Assembly: GCA_047495785.1 (NCBI GenBank)
Contig: JBLDXI010000013.1
Coordinates: forward strand, 682,001-746,000
Length of the DNA stretch: 64,000 bases
Direction of reading: 5' to 3'
Source: Lepidodermella squamata
Lineage: Eukaryota > Animalia > Gastrotricha
Under the pieces are notes generated by a model, which saw only the letters and a program-made list of their open reading frames with translations, searched no databases and was not told where the DNA came from. The translations under genes and the position numbers were made by a program. Shown here one piece after another: positions 1 to 10,965 of the stretch; the stretch's first letter is position 1, and every line of letters starts with the position of its first letter.

Positions 1-63
1 CACGCAAGTTTTAACCTTATTCACTTGTGTTATTCAGAAGTGACGATTTTTCAATTTTCTACA

Positions 64-811
64 GAGGCGTTTATACGAACCTGCTCACCGGTGGGGGAGG
101 TCCGCAATGCTCATCGGGGACTTGCGGCTGCCTCACTGGCTTTACGATGGTACAACGGCTTGCTTACGATGGCAAAGTCTCGACAACACTAAGCGTTTGC
201 TTAAAAGGTACTAATTCACTATTAAATTTATTCCAACGATAAATTATCGGTATTTTCAAGGTTATACGTCGAATTTGGCGCAAAATGCAACCTGTACGTT
301 AGTTCCAGAAGCTCAAAGTAAGTTTAAATTTCTCTTTTCATGTTAAGATGGGTAATCGTGTACTTAATCATCGAGGTACTAATGGAGCTCAAGTTTGTTC
401 TTCGAATTTCGCTTGTGTCCGCTGCCCGGAAGAGACTACTGCTGCAACGCAAGGCACTTGCCGAGCCGTATTAGGAGGTTTGAAATCGTGACTATATGCG
501 GCTTTCATGAACCTAGTATAATTCTTTCGCAGCAAGTTGTGCCAGCGTTCAATCCAAGGCCTTGGGTTCGCATTTATTCATCCTTTGATTTTGAATCGTC
601 CTATTATATATCATGGTTGATTTCCTATTCAGGAGGCATGACTCCGACCGAAGTAGTCACTGCGATCAAAGCGTGTGGAGGTCAAAGCAAAGGTAAACTT
701 ATCCCTCAGTGATTAGATACCTTCAACTTCTGATTTATAGCCTCTGGAAAAATGAAGTCTAACATTTTCCTGACAGCAGCCCTTGTCTCAATATTCTTTC
801 TGGCTAAATGA
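64..811 (+). CDS. 3' part of a multi-exon Cys-rich, probably GPI-anchored surface protein (5' end outside window; start coordinate approximate)
   Basis: Short GT-AG-flanked exons give GGGPQCSSGTCGCLTGF.., CSSNFACVRCPEE..GTCRAV and KACGGQSK, then a hydrophobic tail SNIFLTAALVSIFFLAK ending at TGA 809-811. Confidence 0.5.
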
Positions 812-1080
812 CAACTCAGCACAATTTTGATTACCGCTTTATTAGGCACAGATTTATTCGTTCACTTATATTGTATTTCTAACATATACTCTTTATTTCG
901 AGAAAAATAACAATAAAGCCAATGTCGAACCGTGAGACAAGCAAGTTTCCCACGAATCAGCCTGAACTTGATCGCCATTATCGGGGATGAGGAGATCAGA
1001 ACCATTTTGAATATAAAAAATATAACAATTATAATTTGATATTGTAATGTTACTAGAATTTTTCAATGAAATTGTTAGAT

Positions 1081-1728
1081 TTAGTAGTCCTTGGGTGTTT
1101 CCAGTACTTTTAGCATAACACCCTGGCGACGGTAAAAGTCAGCTTGGACGTGTTGCACTCGAGCATGCTTTGATCGTTCATGTGGCTCCGAGTTTCGATC
1201 TAAATAGTGGCCGTAATATGAACTAGACAGCGTTGGCACGTGTTTCTTCTTCTCCTATAACAAAGCGTTAAATTGCGGTTCACTATTACCACTGAAGTAG
1301 TAATTTACCTCTTCATTTACTTCCAGTCCACGAGCATGTGCATGTACGCGATCGCATCGATGAAGTCTACCGTTGAAGTCGTAATCAACGTGAAAAGTTC
1401 TGTCATAGTTAGTTTTGATCGGCCTTGGCTGTTAAAATTTACAGCAAAAGCATCAAGTAAATGATCCCAATTTCAATTTAGAAAATACCTTGGCGTCTGA
1501 ATTGAAAACAGTTCGTTCTTTAGGAATGGGATCCCGGTGGGTGGGAATAAATGAAAAGGCTGATAGCTCACATGCGTTGCCGCGCAACACAAAGTAATCG
1601 CTGTCTGTTTGAACATGGAGAAGTGGCTTATTAGTCACAGTGTCATGCGTCCCTACTTCTTTCGAGGGCGCTACTGGAGGACAATAAACTGGAGGCTCAG
1701 GGTGGTGATCCGGAAATCGAGATGACAT
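1081..1728 (-). CDS. CFAP90: Cilia- and flagella-associated protein 90 (C5orf49-like), 3 coding exons
   Basis: The spliced product contains SAFSFIP..RDP.PKE, YDRTFHVDYDFNGRLHRCDRVHAHARGLEVNEEE, VPTLSSSYYG and HVQADFYRR, recognised as the C5orf49 family signature; stop TAA at 1081-1083. Confidence 0.75.
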
Positions 1729-2034
1729 TGTAAATTAACCTTCTACAAAATAACGAGAGAATATTTAATACATTACGTTGTTTAAAACTCGGAGACGACA
1801 TGTAAATATTGATAGAGTAGTCAGCTTAAATTAACCAGGTCAATTAAAGAATTTGCACAATGCGGCAACTCAACAGAACAGCCATTTATCCAAATAATTG
1901 AATACACAATAAATTAACGAGTGAAACAGATAATGATCGGCTGTTCGCCAAATTACAATTGATAATATGGAATAAGCAGTATAATGTCATACAAAAATAC
2001 GAGTGAGCCCATTTTCCAGATTCCTGATCAATGA

Positions 2035-3116
2035 TCAAGCGGAAAGCTTGCATTTAAATACAGTTATGTTCGCTGACTCGTATGAGGTTAGAGCAACTCG
2101 CAAATCTTGATTAGCGGAACTGTCATTTGGCGAAACAAGAAAGCGAGCCCCGCAAATGAATTGATTGGGAAAAACGCCGTAAGCGCATTGCTCTACCTCA
2201 ATGGATCCCGGCGAAGTTTCGCGTAAAGCAAACACTCTAAAATTAGTGTCTTCTCCGGCAGTCAAAAGCAAAGCCAATGAACTTGAATAAGATATTATAT
2301 CCATTGCCATTAGAGAGCGAAAGTGAGCATAAATCTGAACAACTTCAGTTAGATCTTTCGAATCAAGAATATACACAGCGCCGGGCAGAACTCCAACAAT
2401 TATCCAGCTATGCCAGAACGATGCCGAAATACATGGCCAGCTAGCACCAACGCGAGTTTTAGAAAGAATTTGCAAACCGTTAGGGCCAACAGTCCACAAA
2501 GCAATTTGCCCAGAATCATCACAAGAAAGTACCTGTGATGCATCAGGGGATACACTTATGTCAACCAGAGGTGAATGTCCACAGGTAAAAACATCGCCTT
2601 TTCCATTCGAAAAGTTGGGCACATTAAACGACACAATCGCACCATCGCTTCTTCCAATCAGCAGCTTACCGCTTCCCAACGCACATGCACATCTAGCTCC
2701 CATGCATTCCAGGTCACTCTTCTTTTTGTCAGAGGAAAAGGAGTGAGAATACATCAAGGAAACACCATCAGAGTCATAAACCTGTAAAAATGAGTTTTAA
2801 TAAGGGCTGAAGTCTAACAAACATTTACCTGAAACCCTCTCTCAGATGAAGTAACAAACATTGATTTCTGGCCAAAAGTAAGCCACTTGGCTTGATAGAT
2901 CGTTTCAGATTCCCCATGATTCTCTCCATTTTCAACCATTCGGCAGTTCGACAAATTGGTGTCATCCGGAGAAAAACTAGCCACGTTAACAGCTTGCTTA
3001 CGTATCACACTGAGATGGTATACTCTCTTCTCAGGTAGATTGATAATGGATAAATTTTGCGGCAGAGCTGAGCAAGATTTAGTTATAGGGTAAGTCTTTT
3101 CCAAGTTGAATGTCAT
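2035..3116 (-). CDS. WDR54: WD-repeat protein 54-like, 2 exons
   Basis: The N-terminus F.LEKTYPI..SCSALPQNLSI resembles WDR54; WD blades include GRSDGAIV.F, SCDDSGQIALW, AHFRSLMAMDI and TAGEDTNFRVF. Confidence 0.7.
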
Positions 3117-3321
3117 TCTTGAAGTCAGATTAAGAGGTTCAGCGAAAACAAAACATCGAAGATTGACAGACTAAACGAAAACCACAAAGCGGCTGCGCGA
3201 CAATAGCGTCCCTGGTAACACAACTAAAAAATTAAATATTATCAAATAATATACTTTATTCATTTTTAAACACATCATTAGATGTTAAAAAATATATGTG
3301 AACATTTTCCCATTTACATAA

Positions 3322-3335
3322 GCGCGAAATTTGAA
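3322..3335 (+). promoter_or_regulatory. E2F site abutting a CHR element upstream of cyclin E
   Basis: GCGCGAAA (3322-3329) directly followed by TTTGAA (3330-3335), about 200 bp upstream of the cyclin E ATG. Confidence 0.5.
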
Positions 3336-3537
3336 GACAGCGACCGGCAAAAGTCAATCAATCCGGCCAGTCATCACAAGCTAACTACTAAAACTACCAA
3401 CACCTCGCTATTTTGCATTCTGCATTCATATGTAGCTGATATCGCTAAAATTAATGATACAAAGCATAAAGCTACTTCGAAGAAGTAAGAACGTTAATTC
3501 GTGAACTTTTATCCACTAGACCTGGTGATTAAAAGCC

Positions 3538-5316
3538 ATGCAAGGAAGAAATGTCGCCGGAGAAAATTATTTGCTACCAACTATGGAGTATTTGGGTGAT
3601 ATTGCAGCATACACGTCGCCTAGAATTCATGATATGCAATTTGTGAATTCCTCGCTATCAGCCGCAAGCGGCCGAGCGGTAATTTACTTGCATTTTTATC
3701 ATGTTCTTCTTTACAAATGTAGAATTCTAGAGGCAATGGGACATTGCAGCTCCGCCATCACTACCTGCTCATATATCTTCTAATGGAGCATCCGCAACTG
3801 CTAACTACGGTCGCTCTTCGCAGCAAATTCAGATTTCACATCCAAATTTCCGGGCCCCTGACATTTTTTACGGTCTGTTGACAGTCATATAATTCTATGT
3901 TTGTTGCACTGTCACATTGCAGATCAAAGCTTCTGGCAACGTTACAGGCAAAACAACGGTAATCAATTGGCCTCATCGGCGTCCACTCCGAACATTTTTG
4001 TAACGGATCCATCGGGTTCAGCACAAAATCAGCATGGGGTTCAAGCCTCTCCCGCTCAAACGCAACGCTTGTTGATGTCCCCGTTGCCTCCGCTGAACTT
4101 TGCTGACCGATGCGAGCTCTGGACTAATATGCTACGAAAAGACGTCCTATATACGCGTAATCCGGCTTGTCTTACTCGCCATCCTTCGCTTCAACCGAAG
4201 ATGCGATCGGTTTTGCTGAGCTGGATGACAGAAGTTTGCGAAGTTTACAAACTGCACAGGGAGACTTACTACCTGGCCATTGATTTTCTTGATCGCTTTC
4301 TGACTGTAACCCAGCAAGAAATCGCGAAAAACAATCTACAACTTGTTGGCATCACCGCACTCTTCATTGCGGCGAAAATTGAGGTTAGCACGCGTTATTT
4401 GCCACACCTTTATTCGATTTAATTCCATTTTGCTTGTTAAAGGAAATCTATCCGCCGAAAGTGCGGGATTTTGCTTATGTGACTGACGGAGCATGCCTTG
4501 TCGAGGAGATAAAACGAATGGAGGTGATAATTCTCGGTACCCTTGACTGGCAGTTGTGTCCCATGACGATTATCGGATGGTTGAGCACCTTCCTTCAAAC
4601 GGCTTACCTTTCAGATATGTCTGGTATGTATTCAACTGCTAAAAATTGTTTGCTTTACTAAAACGTATCTAGGACGTGAGCTGAGCAGTTTAGATGTCGT
4701 CATGCCAAAATACTCTCGTGATTTCTTCGTTTGCATGGCTCAAATTCTGGATCTCTGCATTCTTGACATTGAAAGCCTGCGCTTTCCCTACAGCCATCTA
4801 GCCGCGGCAGCGCTGTATCACTTGACGAATCGTCATATAATGCAAGCTGGATCTGGCATTTCTATCGAGGCACTCCTCCCGTGCATAGAATGGATGCGCC
4901 CCTTTGTCGAGACGTTGATCGAACGTGGGTTCGCCGAAGCACACTTGTTCGATGGCATCTCGGCGGATGAGCAGCACACCATTCAGTCGCACGCCGTCGA
5001 TTTTGAATTGTTGGACGCTGTTCACAAAAAAGCTGCCGAAAAGCGGATGCAGCAAAATGTGAGAAGCGAGCAACGTGAGCTTTTCGCGGCCCAACAGCGC
5101 CTGGCTTGGTCAGCGATATCCGAAAGTCCGATGCGTCAAAGCCTCCAGCTTCTGCCTCCAACGCCGACTTGTACGCCGCCTGACAGCATAAACAAGCCAA
5201 GCGAGCCCTACATGACAACGGCTAACATGAGCATGGGTGCGTATCGCCAACAAATGTACGGAAACGATCCGAATTTCTTGGCAGCTCAGTCGTCGTTTTT
5301 TCCATCATTTTCGTGA
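3538..5316 (+). CDS. CCNE: G1/S-specific cyclin E (multi-exon)
   Basis: SPLPPLNFA, RHPSLQPKMRSVLLSWMTEVCEVYKLHRETYYLAIDFLDR, EEIYPPKVRDFAYVTDGAC, HTIQSH, and a C-terminal Fbw7-type degron TPPDS. Confidence 0.92.
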
Positions 5317-5976
5317 AAAAAATGTCTCGAAAAACATCGTTCTTTCAAAACGAAAAATTGTATAGCTCATGATATTGTTGATATTGAGTTTGTATTCACA
5401 CGACTTCTTTCATCGTTCCAACTTCAAATGTGAAATATATGAAATGATATGGTGCCACTAATGTTACAACCAAAATTCAAAGTCCAAATTTGTATCGGTT
5501 GTGTCCTTGACTATAATTCAAATTGTTCCGGGAATCTACCTTGCTGATCATTTCTTCGCAAATCATTCATGAGTTTATTTCCACTGCCCACGTCTTTTTT
5601 AATATTGATTAGCTTGTTATGGAAATTTCGTTGGATTTCTTGTGTAACAATGCTTGTATATAAGTATAGCTGTTTGACTTCGATTATATGAAAAATCTAT
5701 TGAAATGGAAAAATATATGTCGCTTATATTTCTGTTTGTAATAATCTTGCAATGCATTGCGTTTCCTCGACTGATTTGTTGTTTCTTCTACGTTCACACG
5801 CTATTACAATTGGAATGTTGGACTCGCCTGCTTTGTTGAAAATTTCAATTCATCTTATTGCCATGTCGTTTCTTATTATCCTTGCTTTTCTTTGCACGAA
5901 CTGTGAAAACCGAAAACAGTCTTCTTGCTTCTTGAAAATTATGCTTTCAAACTCTTCTGCTTCTCATGTGCTTAAT

Positions 5977-7687
5977 TCATATCAAACAAAATGTCCCTCT
6001 GCAAGAAGTGATAAATAAAAGAAATATTTCTTTATTCAAGTTTTATTGACAAAATCAATCAGAACCTGCTGGTTTTAGACCAAGACGGCTTTGCGTCTTC
6101 ATCAGTGAATATTGCGGGTAGAAAACTCGAGTTGTGATCGGCGGTTTCATTTTCTTCAAATATCTTGAAGCCGCTCATGAAGCTACGAGTTGCATCGAAT
6201 ACTTTTTTCTTTTGAGAATCGCTCTTCTCAATCATTTGCTTAGTTGACCGACGGTTCCAATGTGGCATCGAATCCGCCGTGATATTCGTTTTACTTCTTG
6301 TCATAATCGGAAGGGATATAGAGTTGATAAGTTTTGGCTTGTTGCCAGCCCGGTTACTGTTTCCTGATGCGGCAACATGATCGTCAGACTCTAAAGGATT
6401 CGTCCTCCTGCAATGTAAAAGTACATATTTACGGCCTATATATAGTGGACATATATGAATGGAAAATTCGGAACGAGAAATTATAATTCAATTCAATTTA
6501 TGTGAATTAGAACTTACGCCGAGAGAATTCCATTTTTCTCGTTTTGCGAGATGGGGCGAAAAGGCGTCAACTGTTCCGAATTGTCGTAAAAACTATTTGT
6601 TGCCGTTATATCGACAGAACGACTTTTTTGGCGAGAATCATTGGCGTGGTGATTTGGGGATGAAATTTGACTGGCGACAAAGGTAACCTGGCGGCGAACG
6701 TCAGGAAAGGCCAGATTTGAACCGCTATTTCGGCTCAACTTCGGGAGATCTTCGAAAGTTCCCGATCGAGCGGCAGCGTTCATTCCATGGGATTGACGGT
6801 TTGTGATAGCGTTTGAAGTTGAGCCGGCCACACTTATTTGAGACCCGTCATTGTCACTGTCTTCAGCACCACTGTCCTCTTGGTTACTGTCATCGTTTTC
6901 CGGCATTAATTGTAGCATTGTTGTCGAACGACTTAAAGTATTGCGATATTCAGCCGTTTGTCGTTTCAACTCTATATCCCGAAGTTTGACCCGAGCTATC
7001 TGAATCTAAAATAGTCTTACTAAATAGTTACAACTGTATTAGCAAAGTTGTCGTACTGTTTTCGAAGTATTGTGCAGTGCGTTAGCCGTCACGGAATATG
7101 ACCATTTCGATTTATTTTGGCTACCCTGATAGGCGTTCCCCTTCCGAACTCTGAATTCCGAAGAGCCTGTATTTTGATCCGGCTGTGTGGCCGTTGATAA
7201 TAGGAGCTTATTTTCCCTCGGTAGGCGCTAAAACGTCGGCATTAGTTCTGAGTTCCAATTTTACTATCTTGGAAATTCTTACTTTTATTCTGTCAATTTC
7301 TTCGATAAGCGCGTCGACCAATTTCGACTGATTGACAAGGAAGTTGCGCTGCTCACTGTTGACGTGCTCGCGGAACTCGGCAAGTTTGTGTCGCAAGTAT
7401 TTTTGATACTGGTTAGCCCGGCGTTCCGATTTCTGCGCAATCTGACTAGTTGTGAACGCAATATTCCGCTGCATGATGACCTTATAGAGAGCGTCCTTCG
7501 CCGGATCCCGAGATGGTGCTAAAAAGCCTGCATTTTCGTAATAGTCGTCGTCGTATAGTGGCGTGTCCAAGTAAAAATCTTCGTCGCCAAGCTCTTTTAA
7601 TAGTTCAATTATATCAAAAGGCGGTTTGTCGCCTGCTTTCTCCAACTTCGGCTGATTGCCAGCCGTTAGTGTAGTAGTAGACGCCAT
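5977..7687 (-). CDS. Uncharacterised multi-exon protein (N-terminal acidic patch and coiled coil, low-complexity C-terminus)
   Basis: Four ORF segments join in frame through short GT-AG introns (e.g. donor GTAAGA near 7282, acceptor near 7228); ATG at 7687; putative last exon ends at TGA 5977-5979. Confidence 0.55.
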
Positions 7688-10537
7688 AATTTCGAAGCAA
7701 CTCGAATATTTGCCTTCAATTGCGAGCGAAAAGCGTGCCGAACCCTTCACACCTTTAAGGTGTTATAAAAATTGTTTCGCCAGACATTTTATATAATCGA
7801 ACTATTAGTCCATTTCTACTGCGCCAGGCAACGATAGGAAAAACGCCGCCTTAGAGGTTAAGTGTGGCCGATTTGCAGGTATTGAACAGAACGCGCCTCG
7901 AACCTTTCGATCGGTTTGCACGGAATGCGTCTTAACAATCTCTTGTACTCCTCATAAATGTAAGATTATTCATGAGCTAGGCTTAAAATATCCTCTGCTC
8001 AGTCAAGCAATAAGCTATCGAACCTTTCAATCTGTTGTGATTTGAATGCGTAAAAGCCAACGCGAATAATTCCGGCAAACGAACGATAACTTTATTTTTT
8101 CTTTTCCATCGTAAATTGTCATCTCGAAAAATAAATGAACATATAATCAGTCTTCACAATTTGTTTCCTGGGACGCCTTTTGACAATATTCAAAGCCGTA
8201 AATATTTTCAGTAACATGTTGTACATATAATATATCAGATTTCTTTCGTAGCAACAATTGTACTAGCTAATCTTGACGATCTTCCAGTTTTAGGTTCATT
8301 TACAAAGCTTAACTTACCAGGAGTTTCATCTTGCAATCCGCATAATATTCATATCTTTACATTTTAAATAGCTCAAGATATAATATGTATAGGAATTCAG
8401 ATTAAGCCTTATATCGTAGCATATATCAATCAGAAGTGAAAGTGCTCGGTTATAAAATTATACACGTTTTACAGGCTAGCCTTAAACTGCGATATTGAAT
8501 ATTTTTTTTACAATTACATTACAATCCGGTTCAATTTTACATCGGCGTTATACGTTTTACTTCCTGATGAGAGAGTGTATTTCAAAATTAACTTTTGTAA
8601 GAAAATTATCAAGTGAAGACAACAAAAATGAATAGATGTATAGTATATAAGTTCAAGCCGTGATAACATCGCGATTCTACAAACTGACAAACCACACACG
8701 CGAGAATAAGCGGAAATTCCGATTCACAAATAATACAGTGTATAGCGCTCACTAGCAGGTACGAATTGTTTTTTTTGTATAAAACCAGTGCCCTTGTAGA
8801 CGAGGCAGAATGAAGTTTTTAAAACACTAAAGTCTATAATTTCTAGTCACTAGCAGGTAGCCTGTGATAATTTTCAATTTTTAATTCATAATTACCAACT
8901 TTTATGACATCATATAGATATAATATTTTAGTATTAAGATAATAATAAGAAGTAGTTAACAGCTGCTTACAGCTCAACTTTGAATAAGATTATTTTTCTT
9001 AGAAGTGTTTTAGAAGATATAGTTTTTGTTATATCTTGCGGAGGTAGACAGAGCCCGAGAGGTGATGGACGATCGATCGCATTTTTTTCACTCTTATTTG
9101 ATGAGGTAAATTTAACACGCATAAATGATACGCAAGTAAAAAATTTAAAGGAACAAAACAATCGACACTTTATAAGTATGACAATTGCTTTTGTTAGTCG
9201 ACGATTTCCCATTTCATGAAGAAGATGTCTCTCTCTCTCATTCGCTTTTTAGGTGCATAGTGCGCTTTACAGCTCAACAACAACAGAGATGTGAAGTCAA
9301 CAATGTGAAACAACTATGGTGTAAGTTATTCTTTCGATCATCAATCAGGACAAGTGAAATTATCGAACACGTGTGTTATAAAACGAGAGAATCCGTCGCG
9401 TGTAGGACATTGCCATTTCAATGTTCTCAGTCATTCAGTCGAGCTTGTTCACTTGTTTTTAAACAACAGAAAAGCAGCCAGAAAATAGCCGCAAAATCGT
9501 TTTTCAACGTAAATTTTTGAGATGAGGGAAAACAGTGATTGAACAGGCTTTTGCCATCATTCTTTAGCATCTATTGTACCATAAGACGAGGTTTTTTGTC
9601 AATTATTCATAGGTAAAATAAGTGATTGATTAGTCAATCCAGTAACAGGTGCATCGCAGTATTTGGATTTGGATAAATTTGTTGGAGAGAATGCAGTAAA
9701 TAACGCAAACACAGTGAACACGACCACTTGATCAATTTTTTTTATCGGAAATTTTCCAGTATGTGATGTGCATCATCATGATCTATTAATTTCATAAGAT
9801 TGAACGAAACGATGTGGGAAGTTGCAATCGAAATGATGTAAAAATTAAAATTAAATAAGTAAGTTTTCTTCAAGAATTAAGGTAGTATTTAAAGCGTACG
9901 CCAAGAGCGAGGAGCACGCCATAGGTAGACAATGAATGAAATTTTTATCATTGTTGATACGTTTTCGTCAATCGATAGTTCAAGAGACAATATATTAATT
10001 AATATTATAATTGCCGAGAATAAAATCCAAATCGGTAATTCTCATATTATAAACGATTTCACTTTTCCGCATGAGAGTAGAAATGTTTTTTTTTCAAGAC
10101 TGAGAGCCGAAACAGAGACATCAACAGGAACATGACGGTTCTCTTCAGAAAAGCCGTGCAAAACATGTCAATGCATACGTTTTTTTTATCGTAAAATAAA
10201 GTCCACCAACACCTCCCTGGCATAATAATATGTTTTCATCTAGAGGTAAACCGAAAATTCCAAGGTAGTAAGATGCTCTAGGCCGGCAGTAAACGGCATG
10301 AATGACTCGACCGTAGCAGCAATATTGGGGCGATGAGGAGAGACAATTTTTGCGGCAGCACAAAAATTGAGAGATAAAATTGTAAAGAGCAATTATTGAG
10401 GAAAATTCTGTAAAACACGATGAAGCGAGGTCAGTCTGATTTCAGTTGTAGCGCAATGTTCAAATTTCAACTACAAAGTGGCGATGGTAGTAGATTTTTT
10501 AAAAAGGAATGAAGCCTTTCACAAATGATGCTGATGA

Positions 10538-10545
10538 TGAGGTAG
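10538..10545 (-). promoter_or_regulatory. let-7 8mer seed site in the putative lin-41 3' UTR
   Basis: Plus-strand TGAGGTAG reads CUACCUCA in the mRNA, about 420 nt downstream of the stop; further seed matches at 9041 and 9102. Confidence 0.65.
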
Positions 10546-10965
10546 AGAGCGCGAAGAATAATTGATTATGAATATTCATAAAAACAAAATAAACTCAACA
10601 ACGATAGAATTTTTTAATCTGCTTGATGAAGAAATTGTTAAACAAAACAGATAGAATAGAGTGTATAATAGGTATATAAGATGAATTTTGCTGCTGTTTC
10701 ACAGGCTTGTAATACTTTAGATATATAAGTTTGATGAGGACATGACGTCTCATTTCTATAGAAAGTAGGTGTAGGGCACAACTTTTTTTTACATGGTTGT
10801 AGGAGTGAATTTTAAAAGCGGGCAGAGAGCGCGTTTCGATTTTTCACCGAAAATCTTTACAAACTAAATGTTGCTATGTGCAAGAAGTATGTTCAGTGAT
10901 ACATAATAGCGCAGTAGCGAGTTACTATTTGATGACGCTTGTGTGATTTTTTATAATATGTTGTA

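Noticed and set aside
7748-7862. Possible decayed TTAA MITE (ACCTTTAAGG / CCTTAGAGGTTAA)
   Set aside because: Only about 10 bp of imperfect inverted repeat and a single TTAA.
8558-8600. CTGATGA followed by a short stem (hammerhead-like)
   Set aside because: It lacks the GAAA core (AAAA instead) and has no stem I/III.
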